A DNA stretch of 64,000 nucleotides from Lytechinus pictus. Lineage: Eukaryota. Each line of letters opens with the position of its first letter. Positions within the stretch are counted from its first letter, which is position 1. The notes beneath the pieces are model-generated. The model did not search any database. It was not told where the DNA came from and saw nothing but the letters and a program-made list of their open reading frames with translations. Of this stretch, positions 50,237 to 64,000 are shown in pieces. The DNA is taken from NCBI RefSeq assembly GCF_037042905.1, contig NC_087250.1, forward strand, positions 4,404,001-4,468,000. Direction: 5' to 3'. The position numbers were made by a program, and so were the translations under genes.

Positions 50237-52633
50237 AGTACCATAATGGGGTGAAAAGATGAACCATGTAATATATGCAAATTGTTAACGACAATTGTTA
50301 TCACTATATAAAAGGTGAAAATGTACCTTAGGATGCAAAAGAGCATTTCTTTGGGCAAAATTTAATAACCATTTATGATGAAAAAGTGGTGGAGGGTGGC
50401 TGCACCTTTTACCACTATTAATTATATGGCGGGATGGGCTAGCCGATTGGGACATTTTTTTTCTCTCTCCCCCCCCCCCTTAAAAAAAATTGGCGGAGCA
50501 AAAAAAAGGGGAGAAATAAAAAAATGAAGGGGAAAGATAAAAGGAAAATAAAGGAAATTAAGAGGAGGGAGACGAGTGAATAAAATAAGGTGAGGGGAAG
50601 ACTTGCGAAAAAATCTGTTATGTCACTATATAAAATGTTCTCTCGCGCTTCGCACTCGCATTGCCTGTTCGATGAGATTCATATTTTGCTCAATAGGCTG
50701 ATACGGAGCTTAAAGGCCACCGCACACCTTACGACTGTTCGCGATCCGAATTTGGAACAAATAGCATTTTGCTCATTTTCTGAAAACGTGAATAAAACAT
50801 ATAATTTTATTTGAGGTTAAAATTAATTGAAAGAATACTAAAATCAATTTTAAAAGATTGCAAGCCTTTATTTTTTAGTAAAGGCCCAATTAGTTTCAAA
50901 TCGTAGCCAATCGTACGACTGCTATGACGTCATTACGACTAGATATTAAATTCGCTTTTATTCTAATAAGGATGAGAGCATAGTCACAGATTTGAACATA
51001 GCAATTCGTATGATGATTTAGAACATAACACAGTAAGATATTCCAAGTCTCAATATTAGCATCAAATTCTACTTCATTTTATTCTGAAATCGGGTCGCAG
51101 ACCAATCGTAAGGTGTGCGGTCGCCTTTAGATATCAAGTTCTGAAGTCAATATTTCTCAGTTCGGACATCGAGCTGACGAGCTTTCATATTCTTTTTTAT
51201 TTACAACTTGATTTTTTTTTTTTACTTTGTAAGTGTTCTGTAAAATGTCCATTTTATGGTTTAATACATTTTCAGCTCAAGCTGCGCAGTTGCATTATTT
51301 GCTTTACCAATTTCCTATTGTCTGTGTATTCCATAGAGTTCTCAAAATATCCCTTTTCAGTTGGGCCATCAACTAGCGCTGCACGCTCGTATTTTATTGG
51401 TGCGTTATGTATACCTATTAATTCTATCACAAGCCACTAAAAATTCCCTTTTCATTACAGTTTATAAAAACAAATCGGCTCGCGATTTGCCTTCGCATTA
51501 TTGTTAAAAATGTATTAACCCATGCGTCCTATTAGTGATTACAAAATTCTTAAAATGTCCAGTTTTCAAGCTTTAACATCAACAAAGTCCACGCTCTCAT
51601 TAAGCATATTAATAAATAAGAAAATATCATTTTCATGAATTCCTAATAACTAAATTGGCCCTTTTTCAGAATGGAACATCGACATTTTTATATCGTGCTT
51701 CAATAGGAATGATAGGAAGATAGAAAGAAAAAATGTCCTTAGAATGTCCCGGTCCTAGATCAAAATGATAATTCAAAAATATCAGCCCGCGCTTCGCGCT
51801 CAAATCATTTATTAAGTGTGGTCCACATCCACATCGAAATATTCCTACACAGGGCTTCAAAAGATGCTTAAATTAAGAGTTTTTTATCAGATCGGAATAA
51901 CGAATGTTTTCAGCTCGCGCTTCGAGCTCGCATTGTTGATCTTCATGATTAAAAAAATGTATTCAGAATTATGCCCAGATTCTAAGCCTAAATCTAGAAC
52001 GCGCACACGCATGTTTATTGAGATAAGCAGCTTGTTCTGTATTCAAAATGTGTTTAAATTATCTAGTTTCAGAACAGAATATCAATAATTTTATGCTCGC
52101 GCTTCACGCTCGCATCATTTCCATATCAGATTCTATTAAACCTATTTTACAAATGTTTTGGAACTTGTAATTGATTTGTAATCATTGTTATCATATTTCA
52201 TTTGTATTTGTTTATATTTATAATGTATCTTTGATTTGTATTTGCTTATAATGTTGATAATGGAAATGAAAAATAAAACTTGAACTAGCAAGATACCCAA
52301 TAACCCATCTTTCTTCTTCTATTTCTCCTCCTTCTTCTCCTTCATTTCTTTTTCTTTCTTTTTTCTTCTTCTTCTTCTGCTTCTTCTCATTTTGTCTTTC
52401 TATTCTTCTTGTTGCTAATATTAAATTCTGATTTTTTTTTCCTTTGCGCTTTCATTATGTAAATAGTATAATTTATCATTTTATTATCTTAATTCTATAG
52501 TCATGTCGAGGAACCCACTGGAAATGAGCTTTCGTGGGTTTTCCTGTGCAAGCATGTTGTTTTTAATGCTACTGTTTATATGTTGTAGTGATTTGCCAAA
52601 TAAAATCAATCAATTCATGATTTAATATTAATA

Positions 52634-53986
52634 CAGTGCGTATAAAAAAAAGGGACAGATTTGAAAATTCTATAAAATTTTTGTTTCAAATTATAATGTC
52701 TATATTTTGGTGCTCTAAGGTCTTATCTTTCAAATGCTTTTGAAAAAAATTTAGTTTCGTTCATGCTTGAGCGAACACGGAATGTTTTTGTCTGGGGTTA
52801 AAATGGAGGCTTGTGCCAAAACGGCATAGAATTATAAATATGATGATCGGACTTCTTGCTAATTAGCAGACTTCCTCTTAACCTATTCATTATCTTTGCC
52901 ATAATTTTTCAAATCATGCGGTCAAAATTCATTTTCAGATCTATTTATTTGCTTGAATTGTTATGTTGTTGTTTCTTTTTAATATGCTCTCTGTTAGCTT
53001 TTAATATTCCTTCTTCAAGCTAAAACAATTTTGTTTTAACGAAGTATGGGAGAGCGTGGATTTTTTTTTCAAATCCTTTCATTGTGTGCTACAAAGGTTA
53101 TGGTGCCTTTTGAACAGTGCCACAAAGATGGGCGGGGGCTTGGGATGCTCCCCAACCCCCTTAATTTAAAAAAAATCATGACCAAGAAAAAAAGTGGACA
53201 GGAAATAAAAGGAAAGATAGAAAGTAAAATATGATATTATTTTCTAAATATTATGTCAAAATCTATCACAAAATTTGATATTGTAATAAAAAAGTGGGAA
53301 TATTTGCGTGCTCACTTCGCTCGCTCACAACTTTTAAATACATTTTAACCGATCTGCCACATCTAGCTCCTTCAAAATTGACTCGATACACCATTGTCAT
53401 TGAAAGACATGAATCCCTTCCTGTGTTTCCTGTCAAGCAATTAAACTTGGTCAAGGAATCAATGACCCTTTGAAAAATAGATTCATGTCTTTTAAAGGTA
53501 CATAACATAATTTGTTTCACAATAATAAAAGGATTTGAATAATCACAAGTTTTCCCAATTAATAATACAAATCTTTTTGCTTGGGTTGACAAAAAATCTT
53601 CTTTTCTCACTTACTTTTGAAGGAAAATTAAAAGGTAAGAGAAGTTTAAATGAAAAAAACAAATAATTCAAGTAAATAAATAAATTTGTAAATAAAATTT
53701 GACAGCATAATTCGAAAATTGTGGCACAGATAATGAAAAGATCAAGAGGAAGTCTCCTGATTAGCAAGAAGCCTGATCGTCATATTACTCGTATTCTGCA
53801 ATTCTGGCGCAAGCCTCTTTTTGAACCCCCAACATAAACGTCCCGTGTTCGCTCAAGTATGAACAAAGTTAATTTTTTTTAATAGCATTTCAAAGATAAG
53901 ACCTTAGAGCACCTATTTACACCAAAATATATATAGACATTATAATTTGAAACAAAATTTTAAAGACGTTTTTTTTTTACTCACTG
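52634..53986. mobile_element. Tc1/mariner-like non-autonomous element with long degenerate IRs (related right end at ~28717)
   Basis: TA|cagtgcgtataaaaaaa ... ttttttactcactg|TA. ggtgctctaaggtcttatcttt is mirrored at ~53888-53912. Confidence 0.8.
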
Positions 53987-54534
53987 TAGAGTGTCTCGTT
54001 TTAGGTCTAAAATCTAAATTTTCGCTCGCATCGATCGTTAAGTTACATACAATAATAATAAATAATATACAGTTCTTGCATCAATTGTTTAGTTACATAC
54101 AACAATAATAATAATATACAGTTCTTGTATAGCGCATATCACATTATGAATAATGTTTTTTACGCGCTTCCAAAGGACTTATTACCCCAGCTGTAGCTTG
54201 GCAGCCGTAATTACTAAGATTACAGCGCAAACGCATTTCAAGGAATAAATTCCTGCCAGGTACCCATTCACCTCACCTGGGTTGAGTGCAGCACAATGTG
54301 GATGAATTACTTGCTGAAGGAAACTACGCCATGGCTGGGAATTGTACCCACGACCCTCTGTTTCAAAGTCCGGAGACTTATCCACTGGGCCACAACGCTT
54401 CATAACGCTCCACATATCTATACCTATTCCTTTCATGATTACAAAAAGTGCTTAGAATTTTTTTTTTTTTTCAGGTCGGAAAGTCAAAAATTGTCAACTC
54501 GCGCGCTTCGTGCTCGCATTATTTGTTGAAACAT

Positions 54535-55302
54535 AAAAAGTTTGGTAGCAAAAGGGGTTAGGTCCACTTTAGACCATTCCGAGAAAAATCATGTTTTTTA
54601 TTCTCACTTATTGCAATATTCTTGTGAGAAACTAAATTGTCATGATGTACTACCCTAGCATGTGAACGTAAAATTGGGTATAAAAGAAATCTACCTGTCT
54701 TAAATTTTTACTACATATTTTTTTTTTTTAATATCATTCTGGACCCATCCCCTTTTGCAAGCAAATTGAAATGAATCCAATCTCTTTTGAATAAAAAAAG
54801 TGTTTTTTTTTCTTTGCCACTTTTATTCACGTTTTAATGTGAATTTCAAATTTTCTTTGGTATCATCGGACAGACTAAAAATTTATAGGTTTTGAGACAG
54901 AAAACAATAAAATTTATGAAAAATGGACCTAACCCCTTTTGACAAATGAGCTCTTCAAAAGAGTTTGGTTGCAAAAGGGAATAGATCCACTTCAAGATTT
55001 TTTTTTTATTCTCCCATATTGCAATATTCTTATCCAAAACTATATTTTTATGATACCCTATACCATGTAAACATAAAATTGGGTATAAAAGAGTGTTCTC
55101 ATATTTTTTTTGAATAGGCATATTCTTTTCCATGTCTTTATGGACCTAACCCTTGTGCAACCAAACTGAATTGGACCTAACCCCTTTTGATAAAGGAAAA
55201 TCTTTTCTTTGGTTTCTTATAGAGCTACTAAAAATCTATACATTGAGTCGAAAAAAAAAATGATGAAAAATTGACCTATTCTTTTTGCAACTGAGCTCTT
55301 CA
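54535..55302. mobile_element. Tandem dimer of a ~400 bp MITE
   Basis: Two units, each starting aa(g)agtttggt.gcaaaaggg and ending gaccta..c.tttt...tgagctcttc. Confidence 0.6.
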
Positions 55303-56639
55303 TGGGTAACTGTAAACAGTTCTTAACAGGTCCCTTTTCGATCAGGCCAGAACGTTAATTAAACATTCATGCTCGCGCTCGGCGTTCACAGTAATTACCT
55401 AGTTGTTTAGGATAAAAAACATTGCCCCTTACATTTTCATGACAAAATGCATGAAAGTAAACAACAAATTAGGTCGCGCTTCGCGGTTGCTCTTTTATTT
55501 ATGGCTAATGAGGTTATTTCACTTGTTTTATAAGAATAAAGCTAGGAATTAGTGACTATATGAGGACTATTCCTTCAAGGCTTCAAAAAACATGAACAAA
55601 CAAAAATCTACTTTAAGCGGCCGATCGGGGGAAAATATGGGTAAAATAATTTTGGGCCTCGCCTCCTATGGGACGGATCCGCCCCTTTGACATAATATAT
55701 ACACAAAGAGAATAAAAAATTTGCCCCCAATCAAAAAGCAAGGACCATACCCAGGAAAAAAATCCTAGCTACGCCACTGTAGGGTGGTGAAATTATCTTG
55801 ATAAAGCGGACCCGCATGAAAAGGGAACATTTGTAAAATTAAAATTCAAGCCTTTTTTTTCGTTTTCATTATACTTGCAGTACAGACTAAAAGAAATGGT
55901 GCTTGTACTAGACGTGGTTAAAAAACCCAACAACAACAACAACACCAAGAATAACACAAAAAAACATCTAACATGTGGGAAAATTTCGAGATACATAGGC
56001 CTATCGCAGTATAGGTTTGACGAAATAAAAGAAACGTTTCTCTTAATTAGTTTTCCCCATCATTCCTTATTACTATTTTGCATTATTAGTAATACTAGTA
56101 ATGCAAAACTAATAATAAGGAAAGATGGGAAAACTAATTAGGGAACCCATAACGTACTTGTAAAATTAATTCCCCTGTAGTGGTAAAGTTTATTGAATGA
56201 AAGTCATTCGTGGCGAAAATCATATCAAATCAAGAAAAACAAAACAAACATAAAACAAGTAATTAATTAAACGAAATAAACTCGTCAAAAGGCTGTAAGA
56301 GTTTAAACACGCAAGCTCAATGAGGTTTGGGAGAATATTGTAAAACCAACACCTTTATTTTGATGAAAAGGATTGTAAATCCCTTCATGATTTAAGTTTA
56401 TGAAGAGCATATTGGGACGATATAGAAGTGGGGAAGTGTTAATGGAATTGGGATTAGAATAATTTCCTGTGAGAGCCAAAAAAATACAACAACATTTTCG
56501 TCAACCTCTAGCTCACAATTCGTTGCTCTAGCTAGCTCCCTGCTCGCTGATTATAGAGGGCGACATTTTCTTAATGATCGCGCGTGTGGATTTGTTTGTG
56601 TCGTTGAAATTTTATGAAAATCGCTTATAATTTGAAGCA

Positions 56640-56710
56640 ATGGCTGCCAAAAGAAAGCCAGATGCGCAGATCCCAGAGGAGGAAAGTGACCGTTTGATTG
56701 TTCGACCATT
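56640..56710 (+). CDS. CPSF3: Cleavage and polyadenylation specificity factor subunit 3 (CPSF73), coding exon 1
   Basis: gcaATGG start. Encodes MAAKRKPDAQIPEEESDRLIVRP(L), matching the CPSF73 N-terminus (IPAEESDQLLIRPL). Phase-2 donor GTAAGT at 56711. Confidence 0.93.
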
Positions 56711-58369
56711 GTAAGTATTTTTATTTATAATTTTTTTTTCTCTTGGGCTCTATTTTTTGCCCGCTATTCCAATGTCCCACCTATTCACTTTGGCGTTAGC
56801 TAACATCACTAATAAGAGGATTTACAGAATGAAGTCCTACGAAATTTACCAAACGATGTGAAGTCAATTTCTCCTAATATGATGAATAACCCTCAAATAC
56901 ATAGCGTCATTTAAGCGTTGATTTTCTTCTCGTTGACAAAATACGGCCCAACCTTGCGAGTTCTCAAATTTTTTGTCTAATATTGTCTAATGACATGTCG
57001 AGCGAAAGAGGGCGCGCGATTTATCTTCATAATCATATCAAAGACACTAGGCCTACTACAAGGGAGAGACTAGACACAAAAACTATCTTACACGTAAATC
57101 GATGCAAAGCGTTACGCGAAGTCGGCAAAGTGTCCAATCTTTTTACTGTAAAGACTTTGGCACTGGCAGTAGAGGCGCACGGCCAATATTGCACTCCTAG
57201 TACCAATGAGGTCCAAACATTACATGTATGGACCTCATAGGCGACATCAGTGATAAAACCGGTTAGACATTGCCGTTTCTATTTGCACCCAAGAACTTTG
57301 GCAAATGTACGCCTTAATACATAGTGGATGGTAACAATTTAGGTATTAATTAGTTTTAAACATGATAAGGAAACTTCTACGACATTTGAAATTTAATGGA
57401 TTGAGGTTAAACTTACATTTTCAGTCTTTTTTCTTGAATTCTTGGTGAGCGTTCCAAACGCTGTGGGGACTGATCAACTACGATGTGATTCACGTACTGG
57501 TCAGCTGATCGGTCAGGTGATCGGTTGGTTATCTTTTTGTCAGACGTTCATAATTTATATTACAATATATCAATCTTCAGTATCTTGATTTCAAGCATCA
57601 GTATTGCAGGGAAAAGTCATTATCGATTGGAATCAATGGCAGATCGGGGGGGGGTTGAGCATTTCTGGCCCGTTCCACCTTTTGAGATTCATAGTCAATA
57701 TTTTGGCACTCATTCAATGAACAAGGTTATGATATAACCTTGTTCTCAGTTATATCTCCATGTGTGGCAAAATAAGGATGGCAATGTTTGGCTTATTTTC
57801 TCTTTTTCTTTGGGAAAAATGCTTGATTTTTTTACACTGACAGTTTCCATCACAATTATTCGTTATACGACTTGGCCCTTAAGTAAATTTGATTCTTTAA
57901 ATTATTTTTTCTTAATTAAAAATAGAGATTAAAAAATGACAATTTTCTTGCCATATTATTTTCTATCAATAGAGGGCGTACACAAAAATATGCCCAAAAT
58001 TCAAGTTTTTGAGCGCTCTAGTGAATACAAAAATTATTCCCAAGTTACTAATGAAAAATAAATTGCAACTGTATGGAAATTAGTAATTTTGGTCATAAAA
58101 GTGATATTTTAATCATTTTTTAAAGTGTGTGCTGTGTACAGCATTGGCATGCCATAGTCCTACCTGTAGATTCTCCACAGGCAGGATGGTTGCAGTGAAC
58201 AAGTGTATTTTGGATGTAAAAAAAAAATGTCGTTCGTACAAAGTTAATTCCCCCCCCCCCCCCACCTCCTTATGAGAATCACAGCAATATTTGTAATGGG
58301 GATATTTTGTTCATATTCTTTGCTCTTTTTTGTCCTTTTCTTTTTTGCTTCCCAAATTTATTTTACTTT

Positions 58370-60210
58370 GAACATATGACTTTCTATATTTAATGACAAA
58401 CTTTTTTAGGGGGGTGGGGGCTTGCCAAATATAACGCGCGACAAGATGACCTTCTTTTTTTAGTGACAACTTTTTTTTTATTTGTCAAATTTTACGAGAG
58501 ACAAAATGACCTTCGATCATTATTAATTAAACCTTTTTTTTGGAGGGTAGGGGGCTCGCCAAATAGTGACACACTTTTTTTTGTAAAATGTTATGCAAGA
58601 AAAAATGATCTTCAATCATTATCAGCTACCTTTCATTTTTTTTAGGGGGGGGGGGGCTTGTCAAATTTTACGTGGGACAAATGACCTTCATTTTTTAGTG
58701 ATTTTTTTTTTTATACTTGACAAATTTTAAGAGGAACAAAATGGCCTTCAATCATTTTTAGTTAAAACCTTTTTTTGGGAGGGGGGCTTGCCAAATATTT
58801 CACAAACAAAATGAACTTCAATTTTAGTGACCATCTTTTTATTACTTTTAAAATTTCACGCAGGACAAAATGACCTTCACTTTTTTTTAATGTTATGTTA
58901 TATCGAGATTTTTTACCTGACTGCTAAAAAAGCACGAATGCCTGTGAGCAAGCAACCAGGGGACCAACGGCTTAAGGTCCTCTCCGAGGGACCTGGTAAT
59001 GAGGATAAGCCTTAAGGACGTTCCACAGTTATATTTGTGCGCATTATGATCTGCGCATAGTTTACACTCTGCGCGCTGACGTCACAATGGATGAACAGGT
59101 GATTAATTAGCTGCGGGTATCAGCTGATTTTTCTCATCTTCTGCACTTTAACTGCAGATCCGATGCGTTATTTCATGAAGCTAAAAAATTGAATTATTCC
59201 ATGGACCATTCAAAAAAATATTCTCTACAATTTCAAAATACTTTACTCTGCAGTGCTGCCAAGAATCACGAATATTACCCCGAGTTTGAATAAATGGTAG
59301 AGTGGTTTTGATTTTTTCTTCACATAGATACTAAGCATTCGGCCCATTTTTGGTGTTTTAAAAGGCACATTTGCTCTAATAAAAATGCTGATAGTTTAAA
59401 AACAAGCACATGAACCCCTATTTTTTAATGTTTGTACCTCTTAGGTATACCTTCCTCTACAACTCTGCAAATTTTGGTGAAAATGACATGGATTTTGAAT
59501 AAAGTGCAGCATTTATTGTACGTTTGTAGTTTGTTACTGAAATTTTACATTTTTTAGATTGGGATTTTGTTATCTTTTACGCCATTTTTAAGAACTGACA
59601 GTGCTGTTAAACTTAAAATTGCAAACAAATAGCACTATTAATAGATTCTCAATTCTAACGATACAATTATTAACTCTCTTGCGAAATTTGATGACTTTTT
59701 CATGTATTTTGACTGAGTAATGGAGGTTTAAACTCATTGTAGTAATCTTGGGCGGTCTAAAAATGCCAAATTCTTTTGAATGCGCAATTCTTAAGAAAAT
59801 CAATTTGGGTGAACTTTGAAGCTCTATAGCAAAAAATCAAGCACATGGACCTATGTTAATTTTTGCATATTTCGAATATTAAGGTTCTAAAGTATCTATG
59901 TGCAAAGTTTGGTGAAAATGACATGGATTTCACTTTAACTGTGGAACGTCCTTAAGGGCACTAGCGCACCACTTGGGAATCGAACCCGGGTCACCGGAAT
60001 CCGAAACCCCTGCTCTACCGACTGAGCCATCGCGCCTCTGATATGTTAAACTTGGGGGGGGGGGGAGGCTTGCCAAATATTACACGGACAAAATGAGTCT
60101 TTTATTTTTAGTAACCATCTTTTCTTTTTACTTGTCAAATCTTACGCGAGACAAAATGACAATTTTTCTGTGATAACCTTTTTGGGGGGGTTGTCAAATT
60201 TTACTTGAGA
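58370..60210. repeat. Degenerate tandem array (cttgtcaaattttacgcgagacaaaatgaccttc) split by the SINE
   Basis: Motif recurs through 58420-58880 and resumes at 60070-60205. Confidence 0.7.
58890..60038 (-). mobile_element. tRNA-derived SINE (family C) interrupted by a TTAA-flanked MITE (59016-59951)
   Basis: A-box TGGCTCAGTCGG and B-box GGTTCGATTCC on the minus strand. MITE has an exact 16-bp TIR ggacgttccacagtta and TTAA on both sides. Confidence 0.85.
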
Positions 60211-60534
60211 AATAGCACCCCCCCTACTTTGGAAAATCGAAGATTAAGATCATGAGTATAGCCTACATCTCAGAGGCATAAACAGATGGGGGCATGGCTG
60301 GCCATCCCCCGAGTGGATTTCACCTGAAAAAAAAACATAGGAGCAACGGAAGGAAGAAAGAAAGAAAAATGAAAGAAAGAACGAAAGGAAATTTAAAAAG
60401 GAAAGTAATGTGAGAACAAATAATCCGGGGGGGGGGGGGCTACTCAGATAATAAAAAAATCTGCCATCTGTAATTAAATTGGATTAGTTAATATCCAGAG
60501 GTCCCAGGGCTACCAACATACGTGTAGCGCGGGC

Positions 60535-60837
60535 AGTGCATGGCGTACCTAGGATTTTCCACAGGGGGGCAAAATCGGCCGCCAAAAAAAAAGGAAAAAA
60601 AGGCTCTTCAATGAAAAAGGTCTTCAATCGTACCAGAAAAAATTTGACAAGCAAAAAAAAAGTCTTCAAGCTCGCCAGGGGGGGCAAAATAGGTATTCAA
60701 GCTCGTCGGGGGGGGGGGGCAAAATAGGTTTTCAAGCTCGTCAGGGGGGCCGGGGGGCAGAGATATGTAATTTGCATGGGTTTGTGACTCATCGGGGGGG
60801 GGGGGCAGACTGCCCCCCCCCCCTAGGTACGCTAGTG
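60535..60837. mobile_element. hAT-like MITE
   Basis: tggcgtacctagg ... cctaggtacgctagtg, with internal caagctcg(c/t)caggggggg repeats. Confidence 0.7.
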
Positions 60838-61585
60838 CTCGGGACTTACATTACGTAACTTGTATCTTCCACATGCGACATGTACTATGCCCCCTCTTAT
60901 ATACCCCTGTTATGCCCCTGCACAGACTCGTCTACATTGATTTCGATATTTAAGCGTCATTATAAAATTATAGCAAAAAGAACGCCTTGATTAAAGGCCA
61001 TTACCCCTAGAGACTCGCGAGCGTCATGTGACAACTCGCCCTGGATTTGCACGTACAGGATCCTATGGCGACAAAATCCATCGCAAGAGTTGGCCAGAAG
61101 AGGCGATGAAAACACAAAATTTGGAAAGAAAAGAACCCGTGAGTACCCGTTTTACATTATAATTATGAAATTAGTATATAATTGATAACATAGACCTAAA
61201 TTTAGGCCGTAATTTTGATTAATTTACTGGAAATTCAAGGCCAAAACGTACCCGTCTGGACTCTGGCGTCGACTTTTCCAACACGCGTTGGAATAGCGGT
61301 GTAGCCCCAGAGTGCAATATTGGACTTGGAGACTGTCTCCAATGTGGGAGATTATCTCCAATAAAAAATGCCAATAATTATCAAAGACTTTTGTAAAGAA
61401 TTTGGGTATCCAATTTCAGAGACAGTCTCCAGTTTTGGAGATCAATTTCCTTTGTTTACATTTGCTGCAAAAGGATAACCTTGGCGGCAAATAAAAATGT
61501 GATAAGCAGATTCCTCATGAAAAATTACCCCTTTTCACCATAGACTTTAAAAATTCACCGTCTACTTTTGTTTTGATAAGGATTT

Positions 61586-62541
61586 GGCGCTTGTGTAGTT
61601 TCGCACCTCCCCGTTTAATGGTTTTCAAACATGTACAATCTCACCCTAAATAATTCACAACCTAAAATACTTGCATCTGAGCCTCCAAAGTCCAGTAGAA
61701 GTTGAATATTTGCTGTTTTGACACTTTTTTACAAAGTTTTACACCTATTTCGGAATCACTCGGTCGCTTGATCAAGCTCAGCGCTGCACATAAGCAGTCG
61801 GTACGCGTACAGTACGTACTACCTAGTGAAGTGCAAGAAGAGCGAGTTTTTCTATGGTATCTTCAAAAAGAGTTTTTCCCCACTTTCAGCTTGCACCAAG
61901 TATTACGGTAGTGGTTGTGCAGAGTGGTTGATGTTTGTTGTGTGAAGGTATGTGTGTGGGGTGTGCGTGTGTGTGATTTTTTGAATGAAATAAGAAATGT
62001 GAAAAATGTGAATACACGTAGATTTAGCGATGAAATAAGAAATAACAATTGTAAACTGAAGGAAAGTTCTCTGACCTAGAGTTCAAAACAAGGCTCTACA
62101 TTATTATTTCTTATTTCATCGCTAAATCTACGTGTATTCACATTTTTCACATTTCTTATTTCATTCAAACAAGCGCGCACCCCACACACACCTTCACACA
62201 ACAAACATCAACCACTACCGTAATACTTGGTGCAAGCTGAAAGAGGGGGAAAAAAATCTTTTTGAAGATACCATAGAAAAACTCGCTCTTCTTGCACTTC
62301 ACTAGGTGGTACGTACTGTACGCGTACCGACTGCTTATGTGCAGCGCTGAGCTTCAAGCGACCGAGTGATTCCGAAATAGGTGTAAAACTTTGTAAAAAA
62401 AAGTGTCAAAACGGCAAATATTCAACTTCTACTGGACTTTGGAGGCTCAGATGCAAGTATTTTAGGTTGTGAATTATTTAGGGTGAGATTGTACATGTTT
62501 GAAAACCATTAAACGGGGAGGTGCGAAATTACACTAGCGCC
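61586..62541. mobile_element. Merlin-like foldback MITE with ~450 bp near-identical TIRs, in CPSF3 intron 1
   Basis: Exact 8-bp TSD aaggattt (61578-85, 62542-49), GGCGC termini, arms 61586-62045 and 62104-62541. Confidence 0.88.
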
Positions 62542-63291
62542 AAGGATTTTTGTTGTCAATCACACACAAAACAAATGGGCTTCTGACCTCAGTGAGACAA
62601 TTTTGTGTGCAAAACGTTATGTTCTTGTTGGTGTCCTCTGAGGTCTCGTACAGGTATGTCCTGTTTCTGAAATCAACCATCTAAAAAGACGTTTATTTAT
62701 TAGACTTGCTTTTTCCAAACATAAATCATAAATCCACCGCTTATCAAACTATGTAAGACAGGACAGCTGCAGTTGTAAAATATTGTAAATGATGAATATG
62801 ATTAACAGTAGACCATTAGGCCTGATTTCACAAAGGTGGTTTTTAAAACCATCGGTTGAAGCCATGGTTTATGCAGATTTCCTGTATAAATTACGCTTAA
62901 TATTTACCGCTTATATTAAAAATGTCCAATGCTGATGCGCGCCTTTGTCACAATGCGCCATATTGATGCCTGTTGCCATGGTTAAATTCGCTATTCATGA
63001 GTCCACTGTTTGAAGAGTGGACATATTAATTCAAAGCAGTTGGCTCATGAATGAAATAGTGTGGATAACCACGGCAAAAGGTGTCAATTTGGCGCACTGT
63101 GTCAAAAGCACGCATGCATCAACATTGGACATTTTTTAATACACGCTGTAAATTAACGCAATTTATACAGGAAATCTGCATTTATAAACCATGGGTTCAA
63201 CCGATGGTTTTAAAAACCACGCAAACTATATTTTCTTAACCTTAGTAGAAGCATGATGCGAATGAAAAAATAATTATTTTCCTTCAAACAG

Positions 63292-63355
63292 GGGTGCTGG
63301 TCAAGAGGTCGGGAGGTCATGCATAATGCTCGAATTCAAGGGCAAGAAAATTATG
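63292..63355 (+). CDS. CPSF3: CPSF3 coding exon 2 (start of the metallo-beta-lactamase domain); gene continues beyond the window
   Basis: Acceptor ttttccttcaaacAG. Encodes (L)[21 protein letters not shown], the conserved CPSF73 motif, in frame with exon 1. Donor GTAAG at 63356. Confidence 0.95.
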
Positions 63356-64000
63356 GTAAGTTCATCGCACTTATGGGGAAATTCACCAAGATAATTATTT
63401 TGGTTCTAGAAAGCAGAAAAAAATCATAAGTATTGTAAGAGATTTGAAAGAATATAATCCATCATAAGATTATATATTATATCATCAGAGCCAGAGAAAT
63501 TTCCCCTAATTTATTATAAATTTTGATTAAATTAATCCCTTTTACTTAATGATAAAAAAGATGAATAAGAGTAGGCTTTCTTAAATCCCTTTAAGCACAC
63601 ACAGTCACACAAATGCACATCATTTTATAAACTCATTGCGGTCTGTCCCTGATGAACATTCCAAAGTTTGACGTGAAATCATTGTAAACATTTTACATGT
63701 TTGGGTGATTTTGATTTATCAATGAAGGCAGAAATGTTTCTATGCATGCATGCATGCGTGCCCTATTTTCACAATGTTAAAGTACAATTAAATGTGACCT
63801 ATAACTCCAAAACCACCAATAAGTTGTACGGGAAGGTTCTCATTAAAAAAAATATATATATATATATTAAATCGGTCTTCAAAAAGCCAGAATTAAAAAC
63901 TTAGCTTGTCTGAAGGAGTTTTTCTTCATCGTTATACTGTAAACATTTCGAGTTGTAAAGTTGAATAGGAAACAAGATACAAGCGTTTCTTTGACACATG

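Noticed and set aside
59960..60038. tRNA gene (also 37598-37665 and 15885-15955)
   Set aside because: A and B boxes are present but there is no proper acceptor stem, and each continues into a repeated SINE body and tail.

Overview
AT-rich, intron-containing animal DNA dominated by transposable elements. The repeat repertoire and the CPSF3 sequence suggest a marine invertebrate such as a sea urchin (inference). Two host genes lie head-to-head and are mostly missed by the ORF track. (1) An intact, divergent 4-exon SLC16/MCT-family MFS transporter on the minus strand: join of 49060-49255, 20079-20222, 16727-17710 and 14614-14795 = 1506 nt, 501 aa, with a 28.8 kb first intron built largely from nested transposons. 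(2) The first two coding exons of CPSF3 (CPSF73) on the plus strand (56640-56710, 63292-63355). The rest includes a ~2.95 kb tandem duplication with a LINE in only one copy, decayed CR1/L2-group LINEs and three tRNA-derived SINE families. It also holds many non-autonomous DNA elements (Kolobok-, piggyBac-, Harbinger-, hAT-, Tc1-, Merlin-, Academ- and Helentron-like), a 10.8 kb TTAA-flanked nested element and a 4.3 kb modular foldback. No prokaryotic system, CRISPR array or intact transposase was found. Superfamily labels rest on termini and target-site duplications (TSDs) read by eye, and repeat boundaries without a stated TSD are approximate.
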